Source of the DNA: Dimorphilus gyrociliatus
Taxonomy: Eukaryota > Animalia > Annelida
Assembly (NCBI GenBank): GCA_904063045.1
Contig: CAJFCJ010000012.1
Span: forward strand, 62,001-126,000
Length of the DNA: 64,000 nucleotides
Reading direction: 5' to 3'
Positions 1-12,100 of the stretch are shown here, piece by piece (within the stretch, counting starts at the first letter, position 1; the number at the start of each line of letters is the position of its first letter). The position numbers and the translations under genes were made by a program. A model generated the notes under the pieces. The model was not told where the DNA came from. It did no database searches and saw nothing but the letters and a program-made list of their open reading frames with translations.

Positions 1-1195
1 GGCTTTTCTGGAAATAGATGTGAAATAGATAATAACAATCCATGTGCCAGTAACCCTTGTCAAAATGAAGGCGTTTGTTCCAACAGTGGAACCACTTTCG
101 TTTGCACCTGTAAAACGGGTTACAGTGGAACAAGATGTGAAACTGTAAGCACTCCTTGTTCATCAAATCCTTGTTTAAATAATGGCGTGTGTCAACTTTC
201 CGGAACTACTGCATATCAATGTTTCTGTGCCAATGGCTTTTCTGGAAGTAGATGTGAAATAGACAACAACAATCCATGTGCCAGTAATCCTTGTCAAAAT
301 GAAGGCGTTTGTGCCAATAGTGGAACAACTTACGTTTGCACCTGTAAAACTGGTTTCACTGGAACAAGATGTGAAACTGTAAGCACTCCTTGTTCATCTA
401 ATCCATGCTTGAATGGCGGAGTTTGTATTGCTTCAGGCACTGTATCATATCAGTGCTTCTGTCCTAATGGCTTTTCCGGAAGTAGATGTGAAGTAGACGA
501 TAACAATCCATGTGCCAGTAATCCTTGTCAAAATGAAGGCGTTTGTGCCAACAGTGGAACCACTTTCGTTTGCACCTGTAAAACAGGTTACAGTGGAACT
601 AGATGTGAAACTGTAAGCACTCCTTGCTCATCTAATCCTTGTTTAAATAATGGCGTGTGTCAACTTTCCGGAACTACTGCATATCAATGTTTCTGTGCCA
701 ATGGCTTTTCTGGAAGTAGATGTGAAATAGACAACAACAATCCATGTGCCAGTAATCCTTGTCAAAATGAAGGCGTTTGTTCCAACAGTGGAACCACTTT
801 CGTTTGCATCTGTAAAACGGGTTACAGTGGAACAAGATGTGAAACTGTAAGCACTCCTTGTTCATCTAATCCTTGTTTAAATAATGGCGTGTGTCAACTT
901 TCCGGAACTACTGCATATCAATGTTTCTGTGCCAATGGCTTTTCTGGAAGTAGATGTGAAATAGACAACAACAATCCATGTGCCAGTAATCCTTGTCAAA
1001 ATGAAGGCGTTTGTTCTAACAGTGGCACAGCCTTCGTTTGCACCTGCAAAACTGGTTATAGTGGAACTAAATGCGAAAAGGAAAGTACTCTCTGCTCGTC
1101 AAATCCTTGTAAGAACAACGGTGTTTGTATAGAATCCACAAGCACTTTCACGTGTTTCTGTCCATCTGGTTTTAGTGGCACATTTTGTGAAATCA
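1..1195 (+). repeat. Intronless coding tandem array, 234-bp period (two EGFs per unit)
   Basis: aatggcgtgtgtcaactttcc recurs at 181, 649 and 883 (spacings 468 and 234). The [14 protein letters not shown] / [14 protein letters not shown] pairs alternate in one open frame. Confidence 0.9.
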
Positions 1196-4100
1196 GTAAG
1201 TACTTTATAATTTTTTTAATTGATATCATCATGTGTTATTTTATAGGTGCTACTTCTTGTGTTAGTAACCCTTGTCTCAATGGTGGCGCCTGTATTGATT
1301 CTGTAAATGGATATAGTTGTCAATGCGTTGGAAGATTCAAGGGAACACGTTGTGATGTTGATCAAGGTCCTTGCTTTAGTAATCCCTGTTTGAATGATGG
1401 CGTTTGTCAAAATGTTGATTTTGGTGAATCCTATAAATGTTTATGCAAAACAGACTTTTCTGGTACAAACTGCGAAATAGGTAGTTATTTTGCGTATATA
1501 TATCTGAAATGACCTATGAGATATCTTTTTCCAGTTCCTGCATGTAATAGTAACCCTTGTAAAAATGGAGCAGTTTGTAAAAATTCTGCTGGTGGCTTTC
1601 TTTGTTACTGTCAGACACCCTACTACGGAATACTCTGTGATAAAGGTATAAACTTTTATACCTATATTCTTTTTTAAATGTTCAGTGTTTTGTATACTTT
1701 TGAATTTTGTAGAACCTATTCCTGACCCCTGTAACAGTAATCCTTGTTTAAATGGTGGAGTTTGCTCAAATGAAGGAGCAAATTATAATTGCGCTTGTAA
1801 GTCTGGCTATGCGGGAATTCAGTGTCAACTGACGGTTGGAAGTAAGTAAAATATTTAAATTATAGGAGAAACCTAATCTTCAAATATTTCAGCTTGCAGT
1901 AAAGTTGACTTGTCATTTGTCCTGGATTCATCTGGTTCAATTAAATCTGAAAATTGGCCTAAGATACTGACATTCGTTAATTCTATAGTTGATGAATTAG
2001 ATGTAAGTCCATCAGCAGCAAAGGTTTCCTTGATTGTTTACAGCTCTGCAGCTCGAGTTGAGTTTAATCTTGATAAATATGATACGAAAGCAAAAATAAA
2101 AACTGCCATATCTGCCGTTGGTTGGGCAACAGGATCAACTTATACAGATCTTGGTCTAAAACTATTAGGAACTCATATATACACTCCTACAAGTGGTGAT
2201 AGGAATGATGCCCGAAATATTGCAATTGTTATAACTGATGGTCAGTCAACTGACGAACAGGCAACAAAAACAGAAGCAGCTACAGTTAGAGCTAAAAATG
2301 TTGAATTATATTCTATTGGTATTGCTGGATTTGACGTGGATGAATTAATATCCATCTCTGGTGTAGGGAACCGCGTCTTTACGGTTGGGACTTTTGATGA
2401 ATTACCTAACTTAAAGGAAAAGGTACTTGGCGTAGCTTGTGGTACAGCAGCTCGTGAGTTTTAGACTTTCTAGAATATATAAGAATAAGTAACAAACAAA
2501 TAATTATTAAACAGCAAACAATCCTTGCTCGTCTGATCCTTGTCAAAATAGCGCAGTCTGTATTCAAACTGCTAACGGTTACAGCTGTAATTGCCAAACA
2601 GGATATTCCGGTCAAAATTGCGAAATTGGTATGTAAAATATAAAAAATGTATAAAAAGATTCATTGTTTCATGATATGTTCCTAATTCAAAAAGACGATG
2701 GCGCCTGTTCGTCTAATCCTTGTCAAAATGGCGGTGTTTGTCAGAAAAGTGGATCAACTTATCAATGTTTCTGTGTCGAACCATGGGATGGTCAACATTG
2801 CGAAAACAGTAAATACAAATATAAAAATGGTATTATTTTCAAAGTCAATATTTAATTACAGATAAAAATGACCCATGCATAGTCAATCCTTGTTTAAATG
2901 GAGGAGTCTGTGTTAAAAACGGACAAACGTTTACATGCTTTTGTCCCTCACCTTGGACTGGAAATACATGTCAAAATAGTAGGCAACTATGAATAAACAC
3001 AAAGGCTATACCTAATTATCTTTGAAATTTTAGATCAAATTCCTTGCAGCAGTAATCCCTGTAAAAACGATGGAAATTGTAAAGAAATTACAAATGGCTA
3101 CGAATGTACTTGCAAAACAGGATTTACAGGACCAACTTGTGAAACTGTTGTCACTCCTTGTGATCCTAACCCTTGCCAGAATCAAGGAGCTTGCCAGATA
3201 AATGGGAATTCGTTCAATTGCCTCTGTCCAAATCCTTGGACAGGAACTACTTGCACTATTAGTAAGGCTAAATATAATGAAATCATTCAATTCAAAAAAT
3301 CTAAAAAATAATTTTCTAGACGTAAATCCATGCAGTAGTACTCCATGTCAAAACGGAGGAGTATGCACAAACACAGCAACAGGTTATTCATGCGCTTGTA
3401 CAACCGGATTTACTGGACCAAATTGTGCAACTGCTGTAACACCATGCTCTCCAAATCCGTGCCAAAATGGAGGAGTGTGTCAAGCAAACGGAAATGCCTT
3501 CACTTGCTTTTGCGCTTCACCATGGACTGGAACAACTTGCACAACAAGTTAGTCTCATATATACACTATAATTCAATCAAAGATGGTTCTATTTCCTTTG
3601 CAGATCAAAATCCTTGTAGTAGTAATCCATGTCAAAATGGTGGAGCATGTACCAACAGTGCAACAGGCTATACTTGTGCCTGTACAACAGGATTTACTGG
3701 AACTAATTGCGATACTGCAGTAACACCATGCTCTTCAAATCCATGTCAGAATGGCGGAATTTGTCAAGTAAATGGAAACTCTTTTACTTGTTTATGTTCA
3801 TCACCATGGACTGGAACAACTTGCACAACAAGTTAGTCTCATATATACACTATAATTCAGTCAAAGATGGTTCTTTTTCTGTTGCAGATCAAAATCCTTG
3901 TAGTAGTAATCCATGCCAAAATGGTGGAGCATGTACCAACAGTGCAACAGGCTATACTTGTGCCTGTACAACCGGTTTTACTGGAATTAATTGCGATACT
4001 GCAGTAACACCATGCTCTCCAAATCCGTGCCAAAATGGAGGAGTGTGTCAAGCAAACGGAAATGCTTTCACTTGCTTTTGCGCTTCACCATGGACTGGAA

Positions 4101-7100
4101 CAACTTGCACAACAAGTTAGTCTCATATATACACTATAATTCAATCAAAGATGGTTCTATTTCCTTTGCAGATCAAAATCCTTGTAGTAGTAATCCATGT
4201 CAAAACGGAGGAGTTTGTAGTAACACCGCAACAGGTTATACTTGTGCCTGTACAACAGGATTTACTGGAACTAATTGCGATACTGCAGTAACACCATGCT
4301 CTCCAAATCCGTGCCAAAATGGAGGAGTGTGTCAAGCAAACGGAAATGCTTTCACTTGCTTTTGCGCTTCACCATGGACTGGAACAACTTGCACAACAAG
4401 TCAGTAATATATACAATTTGCAATTCAGTCAAAACTGGTTCAATTCTTTTTTGCAGATCAAAATCCTTGTAGTAGTAATCCATGTCAAAACGGAGGAGTT
4501 TGTAGTAACACCGCAACAGGTTATACTTGTGCCTGTACAACAGGATTTACTGGAACTAATTGCGATACTGCAGTAACACCATGCTCTTCAAATCCATGTC
4601 AGAATGGCGGAATTTGTCAAGTAAATGGAAACTCTTTTACTTGTTTATGTTCATCACCATGGACTGGAACAACTTGCACAACAAGTTAGTCTCATATATA
4701 CACTATAATTCAGTCAAAGATGGTTCTTTTTCTGTTGCAGATCAAAATCCTTGTAGTAGTAATCCATGCCAAAATGGTGGAGCATGTACCAACAGTGCAA
4801 CAGGCTATACTTGTGCCTGTACAACCGGTTTTACTGGAATTAATTGCGATACTGCAGTAACACCATGCTCTCCAAATCCGTGCCAAAATGGAGGAGTGTG
4901 TCAAGCAAACGGAAATGCTTTCACTTGCTTTTGCGCTTCACCATGGACTGGAACAACTTGCACAACAAGTTAGTCTCATATATACACTATAATTCAATCA
5001 AAGATGGTTCTATTTCTGTTGCAGATCAAAATCCTTGTAGTAGTAATCCATGTCAAAACGGAGGAGTTTGTAGTAACACCGCAACAGGTTATACTTGTGC
5101 CTGTACAACAGGATTTACTGGAACTAATTGCGATACTGCAGCAACACCATGCTCTTCAAATCCTTGCCAAAATGGAGGCGTATGCCAAGCTAACGGAAAC
5201 GCCTACATATGTTTTTGCGCTTCACCATGGTCTGGAACAAATTGTGGAACAAGTAAGTCTTTTATTGTTACATCCGATTTTTTGTTATAATTGGCCATTT
5301 TTTTAGATACAAATCCATGTAGCAGTAATCCATGTCAAAACGGAGGAGTTTGTAGCAACACAGCAACAGGTTATACTTGTGCCTGTACAACAGGATTTAC
5401 TGGAACTAATTGCGATACTGCAGTAACACCATGCTCTTCAAATCCATGTCAGAATGGCGGAATATGTCAAGTAAATGGAAACTCTTTCACTTGCTTGTGT
5501 TCATCACCTTGGACTGGAACAACTTGCACAACAAGTCTGTTTATTTTTTTAATTTGATTTTCTTTTTAACTTTTTAATAATTTTAACAGATACAAATGCC
5601 TGTAGTAGTAACCCATGTCAAAACGGAGGAGTATGTTCCAACACAGCAACAGGTTATTCCTGTGCATGTACAGGGGGTTTTACTGGAACGAATTGTGATA
5701 CAGCTGCAACGCCATGCTCTTCAAATCCTTGCCAAAATGGAGGCGTATGTCAAGCTAACGGAAATGCTTTCACATGTTTTTGCGCTTCACCATGGACTGG
5801 AACAACCTGCACAACAAGTAAGTCTTTTATTGTTACATCCTTTTTTTGTGATAATTGAGTATATTTTATAACAAATTTAACAGACACAAATCCATGTAGC
5901 AGTAATCCATGTCAAAACGGAGGAGTATGTAGCAACACCGCAACAGGTTATACCTGCGCCTGTACAACTGGATTTACTGGTACTAATTGTGATACTGCTG
6001 TATCACCATGTACTCCAAATCCATGTCAGAATGGCGGAATTTGTCAAGTAAATGGAAACTCTTTTACTTGTTTATGTTCATCACCTTGGACTGGAACAAC
6101 TTGCACAACAAGTCTGTTTATTTTTTATAATTTTGTTTTCTTTTTGACTTTTTAGTAATTGTATCAGATACCAATGCCTGTAGTAGTAACCCATGTCAAA
6201 ACGGTGGAGCATGTACCAACACTGCAGCGGGTTATACTTGTGCCTGTACAACAGGATTTACAGGAACTAATTGCGATACCGCAGTTACACCATGCTCTCC
6301 AAATCCGTGTCAAAATGGAGGAGTGTGTCAAGCAAACGGAAATGCTTTCATTTGCTTTTGCGCTTCACCCTGGACCGGAACAACATGCACAACAAGTTAG
6401 TAACACATATATTTACAATTCACTTTAAGTTGTTTGAATTATTTGTGTCTCAGATACCAACCCATGTAGTAGTAACCCATGTCAAAACGGAGGAGTTTGT
6501 AGTAACACAGCAACCGGGTTTTCTTGTGCTTGTACGGCGGGTTTCACAGGAACTACTTGCGGGACCGCCACTACTGGTCCTTGTAACCCTAATCCATGTC
6601 AAAATGGTGGAGCTTGTGCTATTAATAATAGTGCATTTGTGTGTACCTGCGTCATCCCTTGGTCTGGAAATACTTGTACTAACAGTAAGCTACTGTTGTG
6701 ATTTTCTTTGTTACATTTATAAGGTAGCTTTTTTTTACAGATAATCCCTGCTTAAGCAATCCATGTCAAAATGGAGGTGTATGCTCTCAAAATGGAAATG
6801 CTTTTTCATGTGCATGTGCATCTGGATTCACTGGAACAACTTGCGGTACGCCTACTTCAATTTGCGATAGCAATCCTTGCCAGAATGGCGGAGTGTGCCA
6901 TTTCCAAGCTTCCAGTCCGTTTTATACGTGTGCCTGTCCGTCTACTTTTGTGGGAACATCCTGTCAGACGGCTGGTAAGTGATAGAAATCTGTTCTTAAA
7001 AACATATGTCATAATAATTTCTTTCAGCTACATCTTCCTGCGTTCAATGTTCAACTACTGATCCAAATTGGACTGACCTATGCGGACCAGGGGCTGTAGA

Positions 7101-7584
7101 TGTTGATGTTGTTCAAGAACTTAATGGAGTCGTAACTTGTCAGCAAGGATGTTTTGTACAGATTGAAAATAACAGTAAAATATATTAAAACAAAGTCAAT
7201 ACTTATTTGATAATTATCATAATTTCAGTTGTAAGTAGAGGATGTGTGGAAGACTTTACTGGATTAAAACCAAAAACCGTACCAGAAAATGGTATAGTCT
7301 GCTTACCCGAACCTACAAACAAGGACACGTGTTTCTGTCATGGAACAAATTGTAATTACAAGCAGGCTACTGATTTCAGACCATCAAAACTCTCAACAGG
7401 TTTGTTTTAAAATTTTTCCCAAAGTAGGGTGATATCTAATTTTTTTTTCAATAAAAAATAAATAGGAATATCGTCTTGCAATTGTCAAACCTGTCCATCT
7501 GGAGCATCTAATCCATTCTTATGTAACTTTGATGGAGATTATGCTTTATGCAATTGCGATCAATGTCAATGTACTAAAATTTAA
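1..7584 (+). CDS. Giant multi-EGF protein (5' partial): >=14 EGF, VWA, 31 EGF, Ly6/uPAR(three-finger)-like domain, 8-Cys tail; no TM or GPI signal at the C-terminus
   Basis: Hand-spliced exons: <1-1195, 1247-1480, 1535-1645, 1713-1841, 1893-2453, 2515-2628, 2695-2808, 2862-2978, 3034-3261, 3320-3547, 3604-3831, 3888-4115, 4172-4399, 4457-4684, 4741-4968, 5025-5252, 5307-5534, 5590-5817, 5884-6111, 6168-6395, 6454-6684, 6741-6974, 7028-7174, 7229-7399, 7466-7584 (TAA). All 24 introns are GT-AG, phase 1 and about 50-70 bp. Repeats follow the Notch/fibropellin-type 6-Cys pattern CxSNPCxNGGxC...YxCxCxxGFxGxxC. Confidence 0.9.
1893..2453 (+). CDS. von Willebrand factor A domain exon of the EGF protein
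   Basis: Translates to [15 protein letters not shown] (MIDAS DxSxS), STYTDLGL and [10 protein letters not shown]. Single phase-1/1 exon. Confidence 0.92.
3320..6453 (+). repeat. Tandem array of ~284-bp units, each a 228-bp two-EGF exon plus a ~56-bp intron, with an 853-bp higher-order duplication
   Basis: Exons start at 3320, 3604, 3888, 4172, 4457, 4741, 5025, 5307, 5590, 5884 and 6168, each 228 nt. Introns 3832-3887 and 4685-4740 read identically, as do 3548-3603 and 4116-4171. ORF-track entries 3707..4120 and 4560..4973 are identical (offset 853). Confidence 0.93.
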
Positions 7585-9117
7585 ATAGATCGGAAAGAGA
7601 AAGAAAAGTAAAAATATGCAATGGTATGAGAAAAATTTTAAAATAAAAGAAAAAAAATGATATATCTATTTAAATTGAAAATGCAGGGAATAATAATTTT
7701 TTTTTTAAATTCAATGCACATTTTTTTTATTTATTTGTCAATTATATAACTTAAGTAAGGGCAAACTATCCTTTTGGCCTATATAATTCCAAATGAAAAA
7801 GAACTTAAAGAAGGAAATATTTCAATTCAAATACGAATATTTTTCAACCTTTCCGAGATATTGATTTTATATGACGGTTAAAAAACCTGATAATATATAA
7901 TTTTACTTAAATCTATATTCAGTGTATATGTTAGAGTAAAAGTCTATATACTGTATTTATACGCAGTATATGAAAAACATAATAAAGTTTGAATATGTTT
8001 TGAATTGACGGGAAATAAAAAAAATTTGAATGAATTTAATTTTACTATTCGGACAAAGAGTTTCTATTTTGTGATAATTTTTCTATTTGTTTATTAAATT
8101 AGTAAATATAGTATTTATCATAATTTATATCGTCCTTTTATCAGTATGCATAAGCAAAAATCCTACTGCAATTGTATTAGAAATTTTTAATATTACTTAT
8201 ATAGTATATATATATATTGGTATATAAAGTGTATTTTGTACTGTATATACCTAATATATAATTTTATCTTTATGTAATTATAGTGTTCAACAAATTATGA
8301 ATTTTATTTAATACAATTTTCGTAAATTTCGAAAATTAATGAAATTTTTAAATCTTTCTATTTACATTATATACTTTGAACGACTTCAGTCGACTTTCTA
8401 TTGAATTTTAGAGTAGAGTAATCTAATTTATTATAATAGGAACTGTTAATATAATATTTTTCAAAAGAATATCGGGAAATATGACACTCTATTTTATCTT
8501 TATTGTAAATTTCCCTCAAAGTATCTTATCTTTAAGAAAGTCACAGTTTTTTTGACAGGTGTTATCAAAATATATCGAAAATATATACCATATATGTTTA
8601 TAAATGGCTTTGCACTCTATACTCACCCTCAGTAATTTTCACACTCTGCAAAAATCAAATTTTCGTCCACTATTTATAGGAGATATCATACAGTTTTTTG
8701 TAGTTTTACTATATGTTATAAAAAATCCGATTGACAGTTTAATATCAACAAATATTTCATTTGTTTTTCCAATTATTTATATTAATTAACTAAAAAAGAG
8801 TCACATAAAAAATTGTTTTTTTCATAATAAACTGGTAGTACACAAAATCTAAATTTCATTTTTTTTATATATCTTTCCTATCATTAAAAAAAGTGAATGG
8901 AAATTTTTTAACAAAAAAAAAGGAACATAAATTGCACATGAATTTATTATTCATAATGTAAAATGAGACAGTTGTTTGTTAACAGAATAGTTTCTTATGT
9001 AAAAAGACATTCGTAACGATGTTGTTCTTTCCGGTAGATTCCTTTGGTTTTATATTTACATACAGTATTTTTTTTGCCTATATTTTATGAGAAGAGAGAT
9101 AATAGCCTTATATTTTT

Positions 9118-12100
9118 CTATACTGTACATTGCACGACTGTACATCGTCCGTTTGACATTGTTTGCAAAAATGGCTCATCTTCCCTGATCCCTTTCAATT
9201 CAAACTCTTCATTTCGTTTGAAAGTTCTCTGATACACAGATGGTTTAGGTGGAGGCGGAGGAAGGGTTGTACTACCCATAGGTAGATATGTAGAAACATC
9301 TATACCTGATTTATTAGCGCTAGTTACTACATAAGTGTCTTTTATCTCTGCTCTATTCTTTGAACTTTTCTTTCTTGAGCAGGAGCAGACGATTATGAGA
9401 ATGATAATAAGCACAATGAAGCAAAAACTTGCTAATAATGAATAGAGCACCAAGCCACTGAGGCTACTTTTTGTTGCGTTAGGTGTTGGCGGACACGAAT
9501 CTGTAAAATACAATAGATGGCGTTAGTGTAAACTGTATACATGCTTATATATAGACACAGCTAATATGGAACAATTGAATGAAGGAGGAATAATTAACAA
9601 AAAGTCATAAATCAGTGAAATAAAATTTCCGGTCAGTTTTCTATTTGCCGAATTTTCAAAACTGCTAACAGATACTTGAGAATATTTAGCAAAATGCTAA
9701 AAAATGTCAAACTCTTCTTTCGATAGCCTTACAAATCAATGATTGCTATAAATTTGAACTGCAATCTAATAAAATAAGCTTATTTTGGCCTTTACCGCCC
9801 TGGCTGCTGATTTCCCTGTAGATACGAATGATTTAGGAGATCAAACGTTTTAATATGTTAAAATAAAAATTCCAGCAGATGGCTCTAGTATATATATATA
9901 TACTAATATATATATATATATTAATACAATTTCTTTTCGAATGCTTTTTGTAGGTGACGCCTCTTAAAGAAATGTTATTACAAGGTCGACAAACCGATCG
10001 TTCTGTAAGATGAAAAAATCTATAAACGGCAGATAAAAGTACTCACATTTATTGAAGGCTAATTCGAGTGCATCTGTAAGGGAAAGAAACGCTATTAGCT
10101 TAGCATATAGGGAAAAATTAGTGGAATCCTCTGGAAAATTGAAGTATAAATAAAAAATAAGGGAAAAAAAACCAATTTGTTATACCTAGCGATTTATTGG
10201 CTGAACATCGGCATCGGTTATCTTCCAAGTTACAGAATGAGTAATTAAAGTGTGAGCATTGTCTATCGTTCGTACATCCAGAATCCAGTAAGCAATGAGT
10301 TCCGTTACCTGTTACATTAAAAAAAATATATAAAAGCTTTATAAATAAACTTTTCAAAGTTACCACTATACTTTTGAAATCATTTAAAGGCCTTCTTACT
10401 TCAATTAAATTAATAAAATGTGATTCTATATACAGTTTTTTTGAACGTATAAATTCACTTTTTACTTTTGGAGAAAAGAAATATCAATATTTAGCTTTAG
10501 AGTTTTTTCGACATGCATAAAAGTAGGTCATAAAAAGTGAGGTTTTACTCAGATTCAATTGCATTCTATGACATAAAGAGGGGTAAAATAGATTAGCAAA
10601 GATATTTTTCACTTGGTCTCTCTTCAAAGAGCATCTTACGTCATTTTTTTTGTATATTATATATATTCTATTTCGATTGCGCGTTAACAAGGTTAGATTT
10701 TATCGATTTGTATATTTATCATTTCCTGATGGAATAAGATGAGGCAAAGATGGCAAACAAACAAATGGTTTTCCAATATTCTGTCTATTTTTTGATAAAA
10801 AAAGAATTAATAAAATTTGATCAGTTTCCAATAAGCTTAGTCCGTTGTTTGTCACTTTTACAATCGTATAAAACTGTCCTATCTTTCATTATTGCTTCAA
10901 CTATTTCACTTTTGCCACGCATACATACACTCTTTCTCTCTCTCTCTCTCTCTCTCTCTTATCCTCTCTCTCACCGTCTCTCATACCCTCTTTACAGCAA
11001 TTGAGTATTTATATAGAGAACATATTTTAGTAATCTACTTTATTCTAGTCCTTAATCAAGGGGTAGATCATAGGAAATATATTATACTTTAACAACCATA
11101 AATATAAAGTATACCGCTTCTAAGATTATATTAGTGGCTTTTCATCAGATACAAGGCCAACACAATCCCAAAAACCTGATATCCCTCTATTCGTCATTTT
11201 CTTTCTTTTCTATGGCAAAAATGACTTTCATTCAGTCATTTTATTCCTGGTTGAAAGAATGCCAAATATTAATCTCCAAGTGATAAGTACTATATTTCTT
11301 TTGTATCACCCTATTCACTAGTTATCACGTGACACTTAATAATCTTTCTCATCTAAAAATTGACTAGAAAGGGAGGAAAAAGAGGAATTTTCCAGTTCTA
11401 ATTTTTGAATTCAGTCCCAAAAGGTTAAAAATTTATTAATTATACAACTGAACTTATTCAGTTATTTCAGTTTGAAGATTAATCACAATGATAAAATATT
11501 CATTTCGAAAGTTGGTTGATTATTAAAAATTGACTATATGAGATAATTTAAATGGAATTTAATTTGCGAATGATGGATTATATCTAGGAAAAAAAATATT
11601 TAATAAAGTATCATTAATACGGGTATTATATATTCCTAAACTCTTTGAATTATTAAAATTTGCTAACATTTTAAATCTCCTTTCAAGTATATAAATATTA
11701 TATATATAAAAATGTTCATTTATGCCATTTGATAAAATTATATAGTACCGGAAGCAAGAAAAGCACTTGAAGCTGATAATTATATATACATAGAAATAAC
11801 AAATTTCGAAATAAGGTCACGATCGCCTGTCAGATAGGCGTAGCGATAGGAAAAATCCTGTACGGATTATTTCCAACACTATACACCGAGTACAAGTGCA
11901 AATATAAGCCTAGTTAAGTGTATTCTAAGTAATTTGAAAAAAAATTATTTTATCGACATAATTACATCTTTAGTAGGTACTTTTATAAAATATAATTTAT
12001 ATATAGTATATTCTATTTATTACTCTAAAAGTATATTTGTATATAAACCGTACTACTTATTTTATAATTTAGTATATACTAATAAAATCAAATTTGAATA

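Noticed and set aside
674-5871. Many alternative-frame and antisense ORFs over the EGF array (e.g. 3345, 3857, 4141, 4319, 4710, 5004, 5596)
   Set aside because: They are shadows of the repetitive EGF exons and read-through of in-frame introns. They recur only because the DNA is duplicated.
3320-6453. Regularly spaced repeats resembling a CRISPR or satellite array
   Set aside because: The units are EGF-coding exons plus GT-AG introns. There are no short direct repeats with unique spacers, and the context is eukaryotic.
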